Origin: a virus
Lineage: Duplodnaviria; Caudoviricetes
Reading direction: 5' to 3' (one strand)
Length of the DNA stretch: 31,267 nucleotides
Virus record (IMG/VR): IMGVR_UViG_3300042453_000526
Location: 1-31,267 of that record
A model generated the notes under the pieces. The model ran no database searches and had not been told where the DNA came from. It saw only the letters and a program-made list of their open reading frames with translations. Shown here one piece after another: positions 20,167 to 29,034 of the stretch (the first letter of the stretch is position 1; every line of letters starts with the position of its first letter). Position numbers and translations under genes: made by a program.

Positions 20167-21888
20167 TCACAAAGCTGGAGCGCCAGGTGCTCCACCAGCA
20201 ACAGGCGGTGTAGCAGGCACTGCTCCTCCTGCTTCACCAGGTGGCAATTCACCGCCCTCACCGCCTGGAGGTAATGCTGCTGTCTCTGCTGCATCAATAC
20301 CCATATCTAAACCACCTGGGCTAATACCCACGCTACGTAATCCAACAGCATCAGGCTTAGATTTATCTGCATCGCCTTGTTCCTGTTCCCAAAGTTTTTC
20401 GTTTTCAGACATTTCTTCTTCGGTCAAACCAAGGAATCTAGACAATAAAAATCTCTTACTTAAATATGGGAATGGTTCTAGCGATGTGAAACTTGTGATA
20501 CGTGCTCCATCAACTTCAGCTTGGCGATAACTAGCAAAGTTTTGAGGCTCATTGAATTGTAGTTCAAACAAAGAACCATCAATGTTTATACCACGCCACC
20601 GCATGAACATTTTAAATTCTTGATCCAGTTTTTCAGCAACTGATCGCTGTAATCTAATGCAATATTGATTAAAACGCCACTCTTGTATCAATGCTGTTCC
20701 AACACGACCGTCACTGAATGTGTTAGGATTACTTGTACCATCATCTAATCCAGTGGGCAGATAGCTAGCAGGAATTCGCAATCCTCGGAACAATTTATTA
20801 GTAAAGAAGTGCAAGTCTGTAATTTCGCCTAGATTTGAACCGCCAGCAAGAGTGTCCACTTTACTGCCACGACCATCCGCAGTTTGTGGGAAGAAATAAT
20901 CTTCATTGGTACTTAATGGATTGTATGTGGCGTCCATCATGTTTTGACCACCACCAGTTTGAGTAGGTATTCTACGTTGATGTACTTCGTTTTTAACACG
21001 TTCAACGAAAGCCATAGCCATGTGACTAGGCATGTTACCTACATCAATGTAGAAAATTCTACGCTCAGGTGCACGTTGAACACGATAGATAATAATAGCA
21101 TCTTCAAGTAGTTCTTTTTGTTTGAATACTTTGAATACATTTTCCAATACGCTATTACCAAATGGCCAACTAAAATCAAGACCTTCAGTTAAACTCAAAT
21201 GTACAATATGTTCAGCATTTATTGCCTGTTCATTTTGTGCTTTACTAAATCTTGTACCACCACTATAAGGTGTTTTAGGTTGTATATATGCACCGTTTGG
21301 TCCACCAACTTGTGGATGATTCACACTTACATCACTACTGTTTAGTTGTGTAGCCGTTAAATTTTCAAAATTAGGTGCTAGCTCTTTTACTATGTACTGT
21401 TCTGGTTTTTTACCTTCAGCTTCATTAACAATAACTTTAACGACTTTACTCATTTCAACCCAGAATAACTTAAAAGTTTCTGGATCACGAATGAAAACTT
21501 GATCGCCATATTTTATGGTATTGCGAAACATTTTAAAGATTCGCTTGTTAAGTTCATTCAAACTAACCCACTGAGTTAACTGTTCTTTAATGATTTTAAT
21601 TTCGTTATCAGTTGGTTTTTCTTTCCACACAAATTTGAAAGCAGTGCCATTTTCTTCATTAATTTGAGTACTGAACTCACTCAAAATATCTAGCGCGGCA
21701 TTAACTTCACTATCTTGATCCATTTGTTCATATTGATTATAACGTTCAATACGGTTTGGATGTCCTATGTAAACTTCAGGTAAGTTACTTTGATAGTTTC
21801 TGTAAGAGAAATGATTGCCAGTAGAACCATTTATCGGACTAACGGATCCCGATAAGTTAGCAACACGAAAATATTTTTTCCAGGTCAT
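20167..21888 (-). CDS. gp20: Portal vertex protein, T4 gp20 family
   Basis: LEDAIIIYRVQRAPERRIFYIDVGNMP, EDYFFP...GRGSKVDTLAGG and LFRGLRIPASYL motifs. Confidence 0.97.
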   Translation of the reverse strand: MTWKKYFRVANLSGSVSPINGSTGNHFSYRNYQSNLPEVYIGHPNRIERYNQYEQMDQDSEVNAALDILSEFSTQINEENGTAFKFVWKEKPTDNEIKIIKEQLTQWVSLNELNKRIFKMFRNTIKYGDQVFIRDPETFKLFWVEMSKVVKVIVNEAEGKKPEQYIVKELAPNFENLTATQLNSSDVSVNHPQVGGPNGAYIQPKTPYSGGTRFSKAQNEQAINAEHIVHLSLTEGLDFSWPFGNSVLENVFKVFKQKELLEDAIIIYRVQRAPERRIFYIDVGNMPSHMAMAFVERVKNEVHQRRIPTQTGGGQNMMDATYNPLSTNEDYFFPQTADGRGSKVDTLAGGSNLGEITDLHFFTNKLFRGLRIPASYLPTGLDDGTSNPNTFSDGRVGTALIQEWRFNQYCIRLQRSVAEKLDQEFKMFMRWRGINIDGSLFELQFNEPQNFASYRQAEVDGARITSFTSLEPFPYLSKRFLLSRFLGLTEEEMSENEKLWEQEQGDADKSKPDAVGLRSVGISPGGLDMGIDAAETAALPPGGEGGELPPGEAGGAVPATPPVAGGAPGAPAL

Positions 21889-21903
21889 GAATAATCCTCT
21901 ACG

Positions 21904-21910
21904 TATTTAT
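21904..21910 (-). promoter_or_regulatory. Late promoter (ATAAATA) overlapping the upstream stop codon
   Basis: 15 nt before the portal ATG, with SD AGAGGA in between. Confidence 0.6.
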
Positions 21911-24000
21911 GCCATTCTATTAACTGCTCTGTTTATTCCATCGCCTTGATAGGCGAGTGCTATTTTCAAATCATTAATTAATATATTTTGATGATCTATC
22001 ATTGGCTTAAGTGCTGCTGCGATTGATTCAGGATCAATTTGCAACTTAGTTGCACCTGCAGTTTTTACTGAAACTTCTTCAGTGTTTGAAATAGATGAAC
22101 TGGATATAGAGTCATCAGCATTCCCACGACCTTGTTGAGTTTCACGTTTTTCTTTGGCTCTTTCTAAAATTTCTTCGGCTGTTCGTAATTTACTTTCTAT
22201 AGTTTCAATTATATCTCTTTGTATTCGAATTTGATCGTCAATGTACGACAAATCATCTGGATTATTTGCTGCTGTTTTTGCCTTCTCCAGATCATATAAT
22301 GATCTTTGTTGACTGTTAAGTGAAAATTGAAGCCTGTTTACGGTATTTCGCTCAGCAGCTAATCCTTCATCAGTAGTCGATGAAGTTTTTCTTAAAATCC
22401 AATTAATTAATTTATCTAAATTATCTGTTAAATTTTTCACTGCGCCAGTTGCAAAAACAGTAACAGCAGCTAATTCTCTTATTTTGGTTCCTCCAGTTGC
22501 AACATTACCCAAGACTGTTTCATTTAAACGTCGAGCAAGACTAGCTTGCGCATCATAAATAGCCTCAATGGATTGAGTAAAAACGGTTGCATTTGCTGCC
22601 AACGTACTAGTTGCGGCAGCAAGTGTAGCGGATGTTTCTCCTAATGTTTTTAATCTCTCTGAATCAGAATTGATACTAGTTAAAACTGTGTTCAAGCTTT
22701 GTATGACTGATGCTGAAACTCTACCTGCCTGTTGCAGAACCAAAATATCTCCATATGCTTCTGTATATCGTGCTCCTGCGGTAGCAAGATTTTTACCTTC
22801 TCTGGTTAAAACTGCATTAAACTCTTCTGGACCTAATTTTGTGGCTTCAAACATTCTTACCAACGCATTCGCTGCCTCTGGCGCCATTGCTTGTAACTCT
22901 ATAAACGAACGACTAACTGGTTGCATACCTCTTGACATCGATAGAAACACATCTTGCATAGAATCTTTTAAACCTTCTGGCACATTCAACATCAATTTGT
23001 CATATTGATCTTTTTGTTTTCTATCCATTTTACTATATGCCAATTGTGCTGCTGCATTTCTACCCCGAGCTTCTAACTCTGCCTTTAACTGTTTACTACT
23101 CTTACCAGTTAACGCACTAATTTCTTTCAATTGATAAAGATATGCTTTAGTACCTTCGATGTTTTGCTGACTTAGTAAATCTTCCGTGACACCACGACGT
23201 TTTTCCATAGCCAAATATTCAGCTAATTCGTCGCCTAAATTAGCAAAACCACCATACAACGTTACTAGCTGTGGTCCTAAATCATTTCTTGCCGCTTTAG
23301 CAACTCTTTCTAGTGCGCCGGATACACCGCCACCTAACAAAGCTAAATTTTCCGCATTCTGTTGAGCGATCTTAGCTAACATTTCTAGTGGCATATTAGT
23401 ATTTGCAATCATTTTATTCATGTTAGTAATACTGCCACCAAAGGTAACACCAACGGTACTTAAACTGTTAAATGCTTGTATTACCTTTTCACCTTGTTTT
23501 AAATATTGATTGAATATATTAGCTGCCACTGGCAATAAAGTACCAAGTGTTCCTTTAAATATTTTATCTACTAAATTTCCAATCGCTGCTCCTACCGCAG
23601 TACCAGCTCCAGGAGCAATAAACGTTCCAAGAGCAGTGCCGGCTGTAGTAAAGAAATTAGGCAGTGCATCTGCTGCATCTTTTCCCAAAGAACCAATAGT
23701 ACTAATTATTGGACTTATCTGAGTAAATACGGAACCAGATCCAGAAACGCTATCAGCAGTATCCAGTATATTTGTTGCAAATTGTCCTAATGTACTACGA
23801 GCATTTTTTAACCCCTGTGTCATGCGTTCCTGTTCAGTTCGCATTCTGCTAATTTCTTCGGATTGTGCTTGTAGCGCACTAGATGCCATATCAGATGAAC
23901 GACTTAGCATGGATAAATTTCGAGCAGCAGATTCTGCTTGCGGCCCAAGTAAACCCATCGCTTGAAAAACTTGATTTAGTGCGTCTTCGGAAATTGCCAT
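21907..24000 (-). CDS. Tape-measure-like / baseplate hub (gp29-like) helical protein (697 aa)
   Basis: Long Ala/Leu/Gln-rich helical protein with a Gly-rich hydrophobic segment (TAGTALGTFIAPGAGTAVGAAIG); divergent from the gp26-like gene. Confidence 0.65.
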   Translation of the reverse strand: MAISEDALNQVFQAMGLLGPQAESAARNLSMLSRSSDMASSALQAQSEEISRMRTEQERMTQGLKNARSTLGQFATNILDTADSVSGSGSVFTQISPIISTIGSLGKDAADALPNFFTTAGTALGTFIAPGAGTAVGAAIGNLVDKIFKGTLGTLLPVAANIFNQYLKQGEKVIQAFNSLSTVGVTFGGSITNMNKMIANTNMPLEMLAKIAQQNAENLALLGGGVSGALERVAKAARNDLGPQLVTLYGGFANLGDELAEYLAMEKRRGVTEDLLSQQNIEGTKAYLYQLKEISALTGKSSKQLKAELEARGRNAAAQLAYSKMDRKQKDQYDKLMLNVPEGLKDSMQDVFLSMSRGMQPVSRSFIELQAMAPEAANALVRMFEATKLGPEEFNAVLTREGKNLATAGARYTEAYGDILVLQQAGRVSASVIQSLNTVLTSINSDSERLKTLGETSATLAAATSTLAANATVFTQSIEAIYDAQASLARRLNETVLGNVATGGTKIRELAAVTVFATGAVKNLTDNLDKLINWILRKTSSTTDEGLAAERNTVNRLQFSLNSQQRSLYDLEKAKTAANNPDDLSYIDDQIRIQRDIIETIESKLRTAEEILERAKEKRETQQGRGNADDSISSSSISNTEEVSVKTAGATKLQIDPESIAAALKPMIDHQNILINDLKIALAYQGDGINRAVNRMA

Positions 24001-24026
24001 ATTTTAAATTAACTTAAAAATTAATG

Positions 24027-24054
24027 ATAAGTACATATATTTAGCAATATTTAC
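24027..24054. promoter_or_regulatory. Overlapping divergent late promoters
   Basis: Minus strand CTAAATA (24044-24038) and GTAAATA (24054-24048); plus-strand variant ATAAGTA (24027-24033); all in a 55-nt divergent gap. Confidence 0.5.
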
Positions 24055-24055
24055 C

Positions 24056-24898
24056 ATGAGCGAACAAACTGAAAATCCACTAAAAAAATATTATCGTCAA
24101 CCACAACTTTACATAAAATTACCAAGTAAAGGTGAATGGTGGCCAGAAGGAAGTTTATCAAAAACAGTTACCAATGAATACCCAGTATTCGCCATGACTG
24201 CACGTGATGAACTAGCACTTAAAACACCAGATGCACTATTGAACGGACAATCGACGGTAGATGTTATTCAAAGTTGTGTGCCAAGTATAAAAAATGCTTG
24301 GCATACGCCAGTTTGTGATGTTGATCACATTCTAATAGCAATCAGATTAGCTACATATGGCAACGGCATGGATTTTGTTAGTATATGTCCACACTGCAAG
24401 CACAAAAACGAACATACTCTTGATTTACAATCATTGCTAGACAAATATGCTGACATTCCAACATGGAATAAACCAATACACATAAACGATCTAATCGTAG
24501 TTCTAAAACCAGAATCTTACAAAACGTTTAATAACAGAAGCATTAAAACATACGAAGAACAACGTGTACTACAAGTTATTAATCAAGAAGGCCTAGAAGA
24601 AGTAGCTAAATTAGAAAAGTTCAAAGAACTATTTAAAAATCTACTCAAACTAACTGTGGAACAAGTTGCTGGGAATATTAATTACATCAAACTAGATGCC
24701 CACACAGTGGTAGATAATGAATTATTCATAAATGAATTCTTTCAAAATTGTGATCGTGTCGTGTGGAACAAGGTCAATGACACTATCAACGAAATAAAAA
24801 GTAGTATACCAACTAACAATGTAGAGTTGGTATGCGAATCTTGTACTAAAGACTATAAAACTCCACTGGTATTTGAAATGTCCAATTTTTTCGGCTAA
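24056..24898 (+). CDS. gp26: Baseplate hub assembly protein, T4 gp26-like (chaperone-like)
   Basis: IKLPSKG, MTARDE, DVDHILIAIRLATYG, CPHC...CESC zinc pair, ending SNFFG. Confidence 0.8.
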   Translation: MSEQTENPLKKYYRQPQLYIKLPSKGEWWPEGSLSKTVTNEYPVFAMTARDELALKTPDALLNGQSTVDVIQSCVPSIKNAWHTPVCDVDHILIAIRLATYGNGMDFVSICPHCKHKNEHTLDLQSLLDKYADIPTWNKPIHINDLIVVLKPESYKTFNNRSIKTYEEQRVLQVINQEGLEEVAKLEKFKELFKNLLKLTVEQVAGNINYIKLDAHTVVDNELFINEFFQNCDRVVWNKVNDTINEIKSSIPTNNVELVCESCTKDYKTPLVFEMSNFFG

Positions 24899-24903
24899 CG
24901 CTT

Positions 24904-25122
24904 TTGACTCTAACCAATGAGGAAGTAATCAAACTAATTAATGATTACGACCGGGAGTCAAAAGCGTTACGGAAATACATATACAAGTTAGTATGGTATA
25001 TGCGAGGTGGTGTAAATCTTGACCAAGCATTCGAAATTGGATATCAAGACAGAGAGATCATCAATAAAATTATTGAAGAGAACATAGAAAAGACCAACGA
25101 AACCGGTCATCTGTTTATTTGA
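24904..25122 (+). CDS. Small gp51-like baseplate hub assembly protein, probably made as a -1 frameshift extension of the upstream ORF
   Basis: TTG start without SD. The frame stays open back to the T TTT TTC heptamer at 24886-24892. Confidence 0.7.
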   Translation: MTLTNEEVIKLINDYDRESKALRKYIYKLVWYMRGGVNLDQAFEIGYQDREIINKIIEENIEKTNETGHLFI

Positions 25123-25183
25123 TTTCTCTAGACGCCATTAGTCATTTATACAACAACTTTTTATTCTATTTTTATACATTATG

Positions 25184-25260
25184 ATGAAGTGTGCTTCGCA
25201 CACTCATATCGTCATCGTTAATCTTCGTCGTCTATGCTCCTCAGATTAACTTGACGATGA
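25184..25260 (-). other. Paired hairpins with GCGAAGC mini-loop and tandem G.A mismatches (ssDNA-signal/origin-like; may also terminate convergent transcription)
   Basis: Minus strand AGTGTGC-GAA-GCACACT (25204-25188) and ATCGTCA-A-GTTAATCT-GAGGAGCATAGACGACGA-AGATTAAC-GA-TGACGAT (25258-25208), flanked by AT-rich tracts. Confidence 0.55.
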
Positions 25261-25299
25261 TTTATAGGGATTAATATTTTAATAAGTACCACCTATACC

Positions 25300-25765
25300 A
25301 TTCATCTAGATTACTGCCTCACTTTCGCCCACGGAGGGCAAAAAAATCGTAGCTAGGCTACGATGTGGGGTGTTTTCATCTGAGTTGACCACCACACAGC
25401 ATCAGGACTACAACAACATCTGTGCTTTGCAACACAGGAAATGTAACGCAGGCGGTTATCCGGTACCTACTCATCCAGTCTTTCATACAACGGCGGGCTA
25501 TATCGGTGATGCTGTCCTCCAATATAACCGTGCGATATCACTATCGCGTCTTTTTACCCATAATACCTGTTCAAACAATCAAACCGCGGGATTGGCGGTC
25601 TACGTCCTGTCAAGGATAGTGATTGAGTTCTCGTAACAGCGTCGAGGTTCCATTCCCTGTGACCCGGCGGTCCAGTTTTAGGGCATCCGAAATTAGGCCG
25701 ATGCTAGCCATTAACTGTTTAAATGTTTGCCTGAAGATTGCGCAAGTATGCGATGCGTCGCTGTA
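25300..25765 (-). ncRNA. Candidate large structured non-coding RNA (~450 nt), family unassigned
   Basis: GC-richer non-coding island with ~10 stems, GNRA loops (GUGA, GCAA), G.U wobbles that work only on the minus strand, and a 9-bp loop pseudoknot. Boundaries are approximate. Confidence 0.7.
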
Positions 25766-26197
25766 TTAGCCGTGATGAATTAATTGTTTAACCTTACGAA
25801 CTTTAACTGATATCCACTCATTGTACCAATCATCTGATAGCAATACGCCATAATCAAATTGATACTTGGCTTCATAATAGTTAAGTTCGTTTTTTGAATA
25901 ACAATATTTTAATATTTGCCTGTTAAAATTGTGTGAGCCTAAGTTTTTTACTTCTTCTGTTAATACCGTGTTTGAGCCATAATAAGTTTGCCAGTCGCTG
26001 TCTATTTCGTACCTAATTTTTGTTTTTTTCTTGGAGCCGTTTTTGAGCCTTGATGTTTTTAATTTGATTTTTTTAAATTTTGATAATTTTTTACCTATAT
26101 ATTTTCGTCCAGATAACTTGTTAGTGATTAGATATACAAATCCAACTACATTATCTGGTAAATTTTCAATCTGTTTGTCTTCAAATAACCATGTCAC
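25766..26197 (-). CDS. Small GIY-YIG family endonuclease (143 aa)
   Basis: GFVYLITN...KYIGKK motif, SDWQTYYGS, Glu in YYEAKYQ, Asn in WYN; Lys-rich insertion; no C-terminal DNA-binding modules. Confidence 0.88.
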   Translation of the reverse strand: MTWLFEDKQIENLPDNVVGFVYLITNKLSGRKYIGKKLSKFKKIKLKTSRLKNGSKKKTKIRYEIDSDWQTYYGSNTVLTEEVKNLGSHNFNRQILKYCYSKNELNYYEAKYQFDYGVLLSDDWYNEWISVKVRKVKQLIHHG

Positions 26198-26201
26198 TGT
26201 G

Positions 26202-26209
26202 TATTTATA
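26202..26209 (-). promoter_or_regulatory. Late promoter TATAAATA (exact T4 consensus)
   Basis: Ends 4 nt before the GTG start of the GIY-YIG gene. Confidence 0.75.
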
Positions 26210-26225
26210 ACATGCCTACTGTCTA

Positions 26226-28004
26226 TTAATTTTTTACTACCTCAATGTCCGAATCGTATTTAGTGAATCCACTTTCCTTGATTACGTGTAGTATGTTATT
26301 CACTCTGCTTGCTAGTTCATCTTTATGACTTACTAACCACACTGATCTTCCACCATTTCTGGCCATTTGCTTTAGAATTTTTAGTGAGTTTTCAACGCCT
26401 GAACTATCCATGCCAGAATCAACTAGTTCGTCAATAAACAACAAATTAATTGGTTGATATAAACTTTCCCATACATCACGAAATGCCCAACTTAAACTTA
26501 AGATAAGTCTATTGCGTTCACCACGTGATAGATTATCAAAGTCTAACTCACGACCTAATTCTTCAATACTGACAGATAAATCATTGTTAAATTTCACAGT
26601 GTGTGGCAAATCAATGTCACTTAAATAATAAGCTAGACGACCATTTAAGAAAGCCAAGTTCTGATCTATGATTTGTTTTCTAATGAAACTATCTTTGTTT
26701 GTTAGAAGTTTTAATAGAAACTCCTGATGATCACGCATACGTGTTAGTTTATTAATCATATCATAGGAAATTTCTTCTATACCATCTTTTTCCATCTCAA
26801 TTATTTGTTCAGCGTATGGATCAGTTTCTGTTACTTTTTTCTCTAGTTGTGACAGTAGATGTTCTATACTGCTCTTGTGTGTTATAGCCTCGGATTCAGT
26901 TGCATAAAATACAACAGGTTCCTCACCGAGTTCACCTGCATTCGTAATTTTACTATTTACACTCTCAAGATCAATTTTGATTTGATCAATTATTTTTTGA
27001 GTTTTTGCAAGTTCACTAGTTTTTGTTTCCAGTAGCTGAGTATGATTGTCATCATGTAATTCTTGACCGCAGCTATGGCATTTATGATTTTTTAATGAAT
27101 CAATATCGATTTTATATTGATCTAGTGTTTTTTGTTCTCTTATTAAATCCTTGGATAAAGATTTTTTATTTTTATCTAGATCGGACAATAATGTTTTCTT
27201 TGCTTTGAACGCTACAAGATTTTTATGCGCCGCAAGTTCTTCATCTATGTTCAATTTTAACAAATCTTCGTAAGCTGTACTTAGATCAAGTAGATCCCTT
27301 TCATGCTTGTCGAGCCACAGTTTTTGTCTACGTTTAGTTGAGTTGATTTGTTCTTGAATACGGGTGTTTGCATCTTTAACCGCTTTGATCCTAAATTCTT
27401 CTTGTTGAATGCCATCTTTAGTTAATCTAATTTGTTCCTTCAATAGATCAGCTTTTTCACTCAGAAGTGTGATGCCTAGTAATTGTTCAATGATAGTTCT
27501 CTGATCATTAGCCTTAAGACTTAAAAATGGTTCAGTGTATGTATTCAGAGCCACAATATGTTTGAACATATCGTGTTTCATGTTAATCAGTTTTTCTATT
27601 TCTTGTTGTGTTTCTCTACTGTCACCTTGACTGTTGTCATCTGAACTCTCAACTTCACGATCATTTATGAAAAACTTTAGAACATTAGGCTTTCTTCCAC
27701 GTTCTATTCTGTAATTTTTGTTATTACACTCAAAATCAACGGTAACTAACATATTTTTGCCGTTGGTTTTGTTAATCAAATTATCTTTTTTGATGTTTGT
27801 CAAAGCTTGACCATAGAAAGCATAACTTAACGCATTGATAATGGAAGTTTTTCCTGTGCCATTACGACTGCCAGCATCGTCACCGCCTAAGTCTATATTA
27901 CTACCAAGAACTAGTGTTAAATTCTCCCTGTCAAAATTTACAGCTTGTGTTTGATTTCCTATTGAAAGAAAGTTTTTTGCTGTGATTGTTTTGATTTTTA
28001 ACAT
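26226..28004 (-). CDS. gp46: Recombination endonuclease ATPase subunit, gp46 (Rad50/SbcC)
   Basis: KNFLSIGN, Walker A NGTGKT, coiled coil with CHSC zinc hook, LSRGE signature, LFIDE Walker B, VSH. Confidence 0.95.
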   Translation of the reverse strand: MLKIKTITAKNFLSIGNQTQAVNFDRENLTLVLGSNIDLGGDDAGSRNGTGKTSIINALSYAFYGQALTNIKKDNLINKTNGKNMLVTVDFECNNKNYRIERGRKPNVLKFFINDREVESSDDNSQGDSRETQQEIEKLINMKHDMFKHIVALNTYTEPFLSLKANDQRTIIEQLLGITLLSEKADLLKEQIRLTKDGIQQEEFRIKAVKDANTRIQEQINSTKRRQKLWLDKHERDLLDLSTAYEDLLKLNIDEELAAHKNLVAFKAKKTLLSDLDKNKKSLSKDLIREQKTLDQYKIDIDSLKNHKCHSCGQELHDDNHTQLLETKTSELAKTQKIIDQIKIDLESVNSKITNAGELGEEPVVFYATESEAITHKSSIEHLLSQLEKKVTETDPYAEQIIEMEKDGIEEISYDMINKLTRMRDHQEFLLKLLTNKDSFIRKQIIDQNLAFLNGRLAYYLSDIDLPHTVKFNNDLSVSIEELGRELDFDNLSRGERNRLILSLSWAFRDVWESLYQPINLLFIDELVDSGMDSSGVENSLKILKQMARNGGRSVWLVSHKDELASRVNNILHVIKESGFTKYDSDIEVVKN

Positions 28005-28011
28005 AACTTAC

Positions 28012-29028
28012 TTATAGTCCTCTATACAATTCCAACAGAAGACCAGGATCATATTGATCACTATTAATCTGATTAAGTTGATTAGTAACGATTTGATCAA
28101 CGGTTTGGAAATTTATATTACCTTTAATTTCGTATTGATCCATGTCTGAACTTTTGTTTCTCATGATTGAGATTTCACGTAGTCCATGTGATTTGATAAA
28201 GGTTTCTTTGATGAAGTTTGCCTCTTCATATGAGATATCAATATCAATATTTACTCTCACATGCATTTTGTGTTTTAATACTTCATCAGTCTTATTGAGT
28301 AGATCACTAAGTGTAAGAACTCGATAGGTTGGTTGATCAGGCCACGTATGATAAACTGGCTTTTTGCCCCACTCAAGAATCATTGCACCACGTGCATCAT
28401 CACCAGCATCAGCATAATTGTGTGGGAAACAATTACCAATATAGGTAATGTTATTATATGTTTGACGTTTATGAAAATGACCACTGAACACGTGATCAAA
28501 GTGTTCAAAATGTTCACGTTTGATTTCACTGTGATCTGGCATTGCTACCATTGCATTCATCAAGAAATGAGGCAGTTCAAAGTGTCCAAAAATGTATTTG
28601 GCTTTTAGTTTTGGAATTTTTTTGTAATCGTCGCCTAACATCCAAGGAGCAATGATGACATCGCCTTCCTTGTGCCAGTCGTTACAAATAACTACCTTAT
28701 CTAGATGTTTGGCCCATTCGACACTTTGAATATCACGTTTGTCTTTATAGTAAAGATCGTGATTTCCGGGAATGAAAAATACTCTATTAAAATTAGCATT
28801 AAGATGCTCAAGTGCTTTAATACTATAGTTGAGAGTAAGGATGTTTATTGCCGCACGATTATTATTCCAGTCTCCTAGAAATAATGCGGTATCACAGCCT
28901 TGTTCTACTCCTAATTTAGTCGCCCACTTTATAAAAGATAAACAGTCATCATTATGTAGTTGACTGTTTGTCTTTAATCCAAAATGGATATCCGTGCAAA
29001 CTAATGCTTTTTTAAATAAATTGTTCAT
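28012..29028 (-). CDS. gp47: Recombination endonuclease nuclease subunit, gp47 (Mre11/SbcD)
   Basis: Metallophosphoesterase motifs DIHFG, FLGD, GNHD, GHFE, SGHFH. Confidence 0.95.
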   Translation of the reverse strand: MNNLFKKALVCTDIHFGLKTNSQLHNDDCLSFIKWATKLGVEQGCDTALFLGDWNNNRAAINILTLNYSIKALEHLNANFNRVFFIPGNHDLYYKDKRDIQSVEWAKHLDKVVICNDWHKEGDVIIAPWMLGDDYKKIPKLKAKYIFGHFELPHFLMNAMVAMPDHSEIKREHFEHFDHVFSGHFHKRQTYNNITYIGNCFPHNYADAGDDARGAMILEWGKKPVYHTWPDQPTYRVLTLSDLLNKTDEVLKHKMHVRVNIDIDISYEEANFIKETFIKSHGLREISIMRNKSSDMDQYEIKGNINFQTVDQIVTNQLNQINSDQYDPGLLLELYRGL

Positions 29029-29034
29029 CTAGAT

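Noticed and set aside
25217-25250. Hammerhead ribozyme (CUGAGGA...CGAA on the minus strand)
   Set aside because: Only one closing stem; no GAAA/stem III/UH cleavage arrangement.
25400-25485. Group I intron (AAGACUG...UGUAGUCC resembles P7, and a GIY-YIG gene is adjacent)
   Set aside because: No interrupted host gene, no AAGAUA-type J8/7, an imperfect G-binding site and no clear P3/P4. A derived intron-like fold cannot be fully excluded without a covariance-model search.
25370-25636. Plus-strand ORFs of 88 and 65 aa
   Set aside because: GTG starts without SD, atypical composition, and antisense to the structured RNA whose loops and wobbles favour the minus strand.
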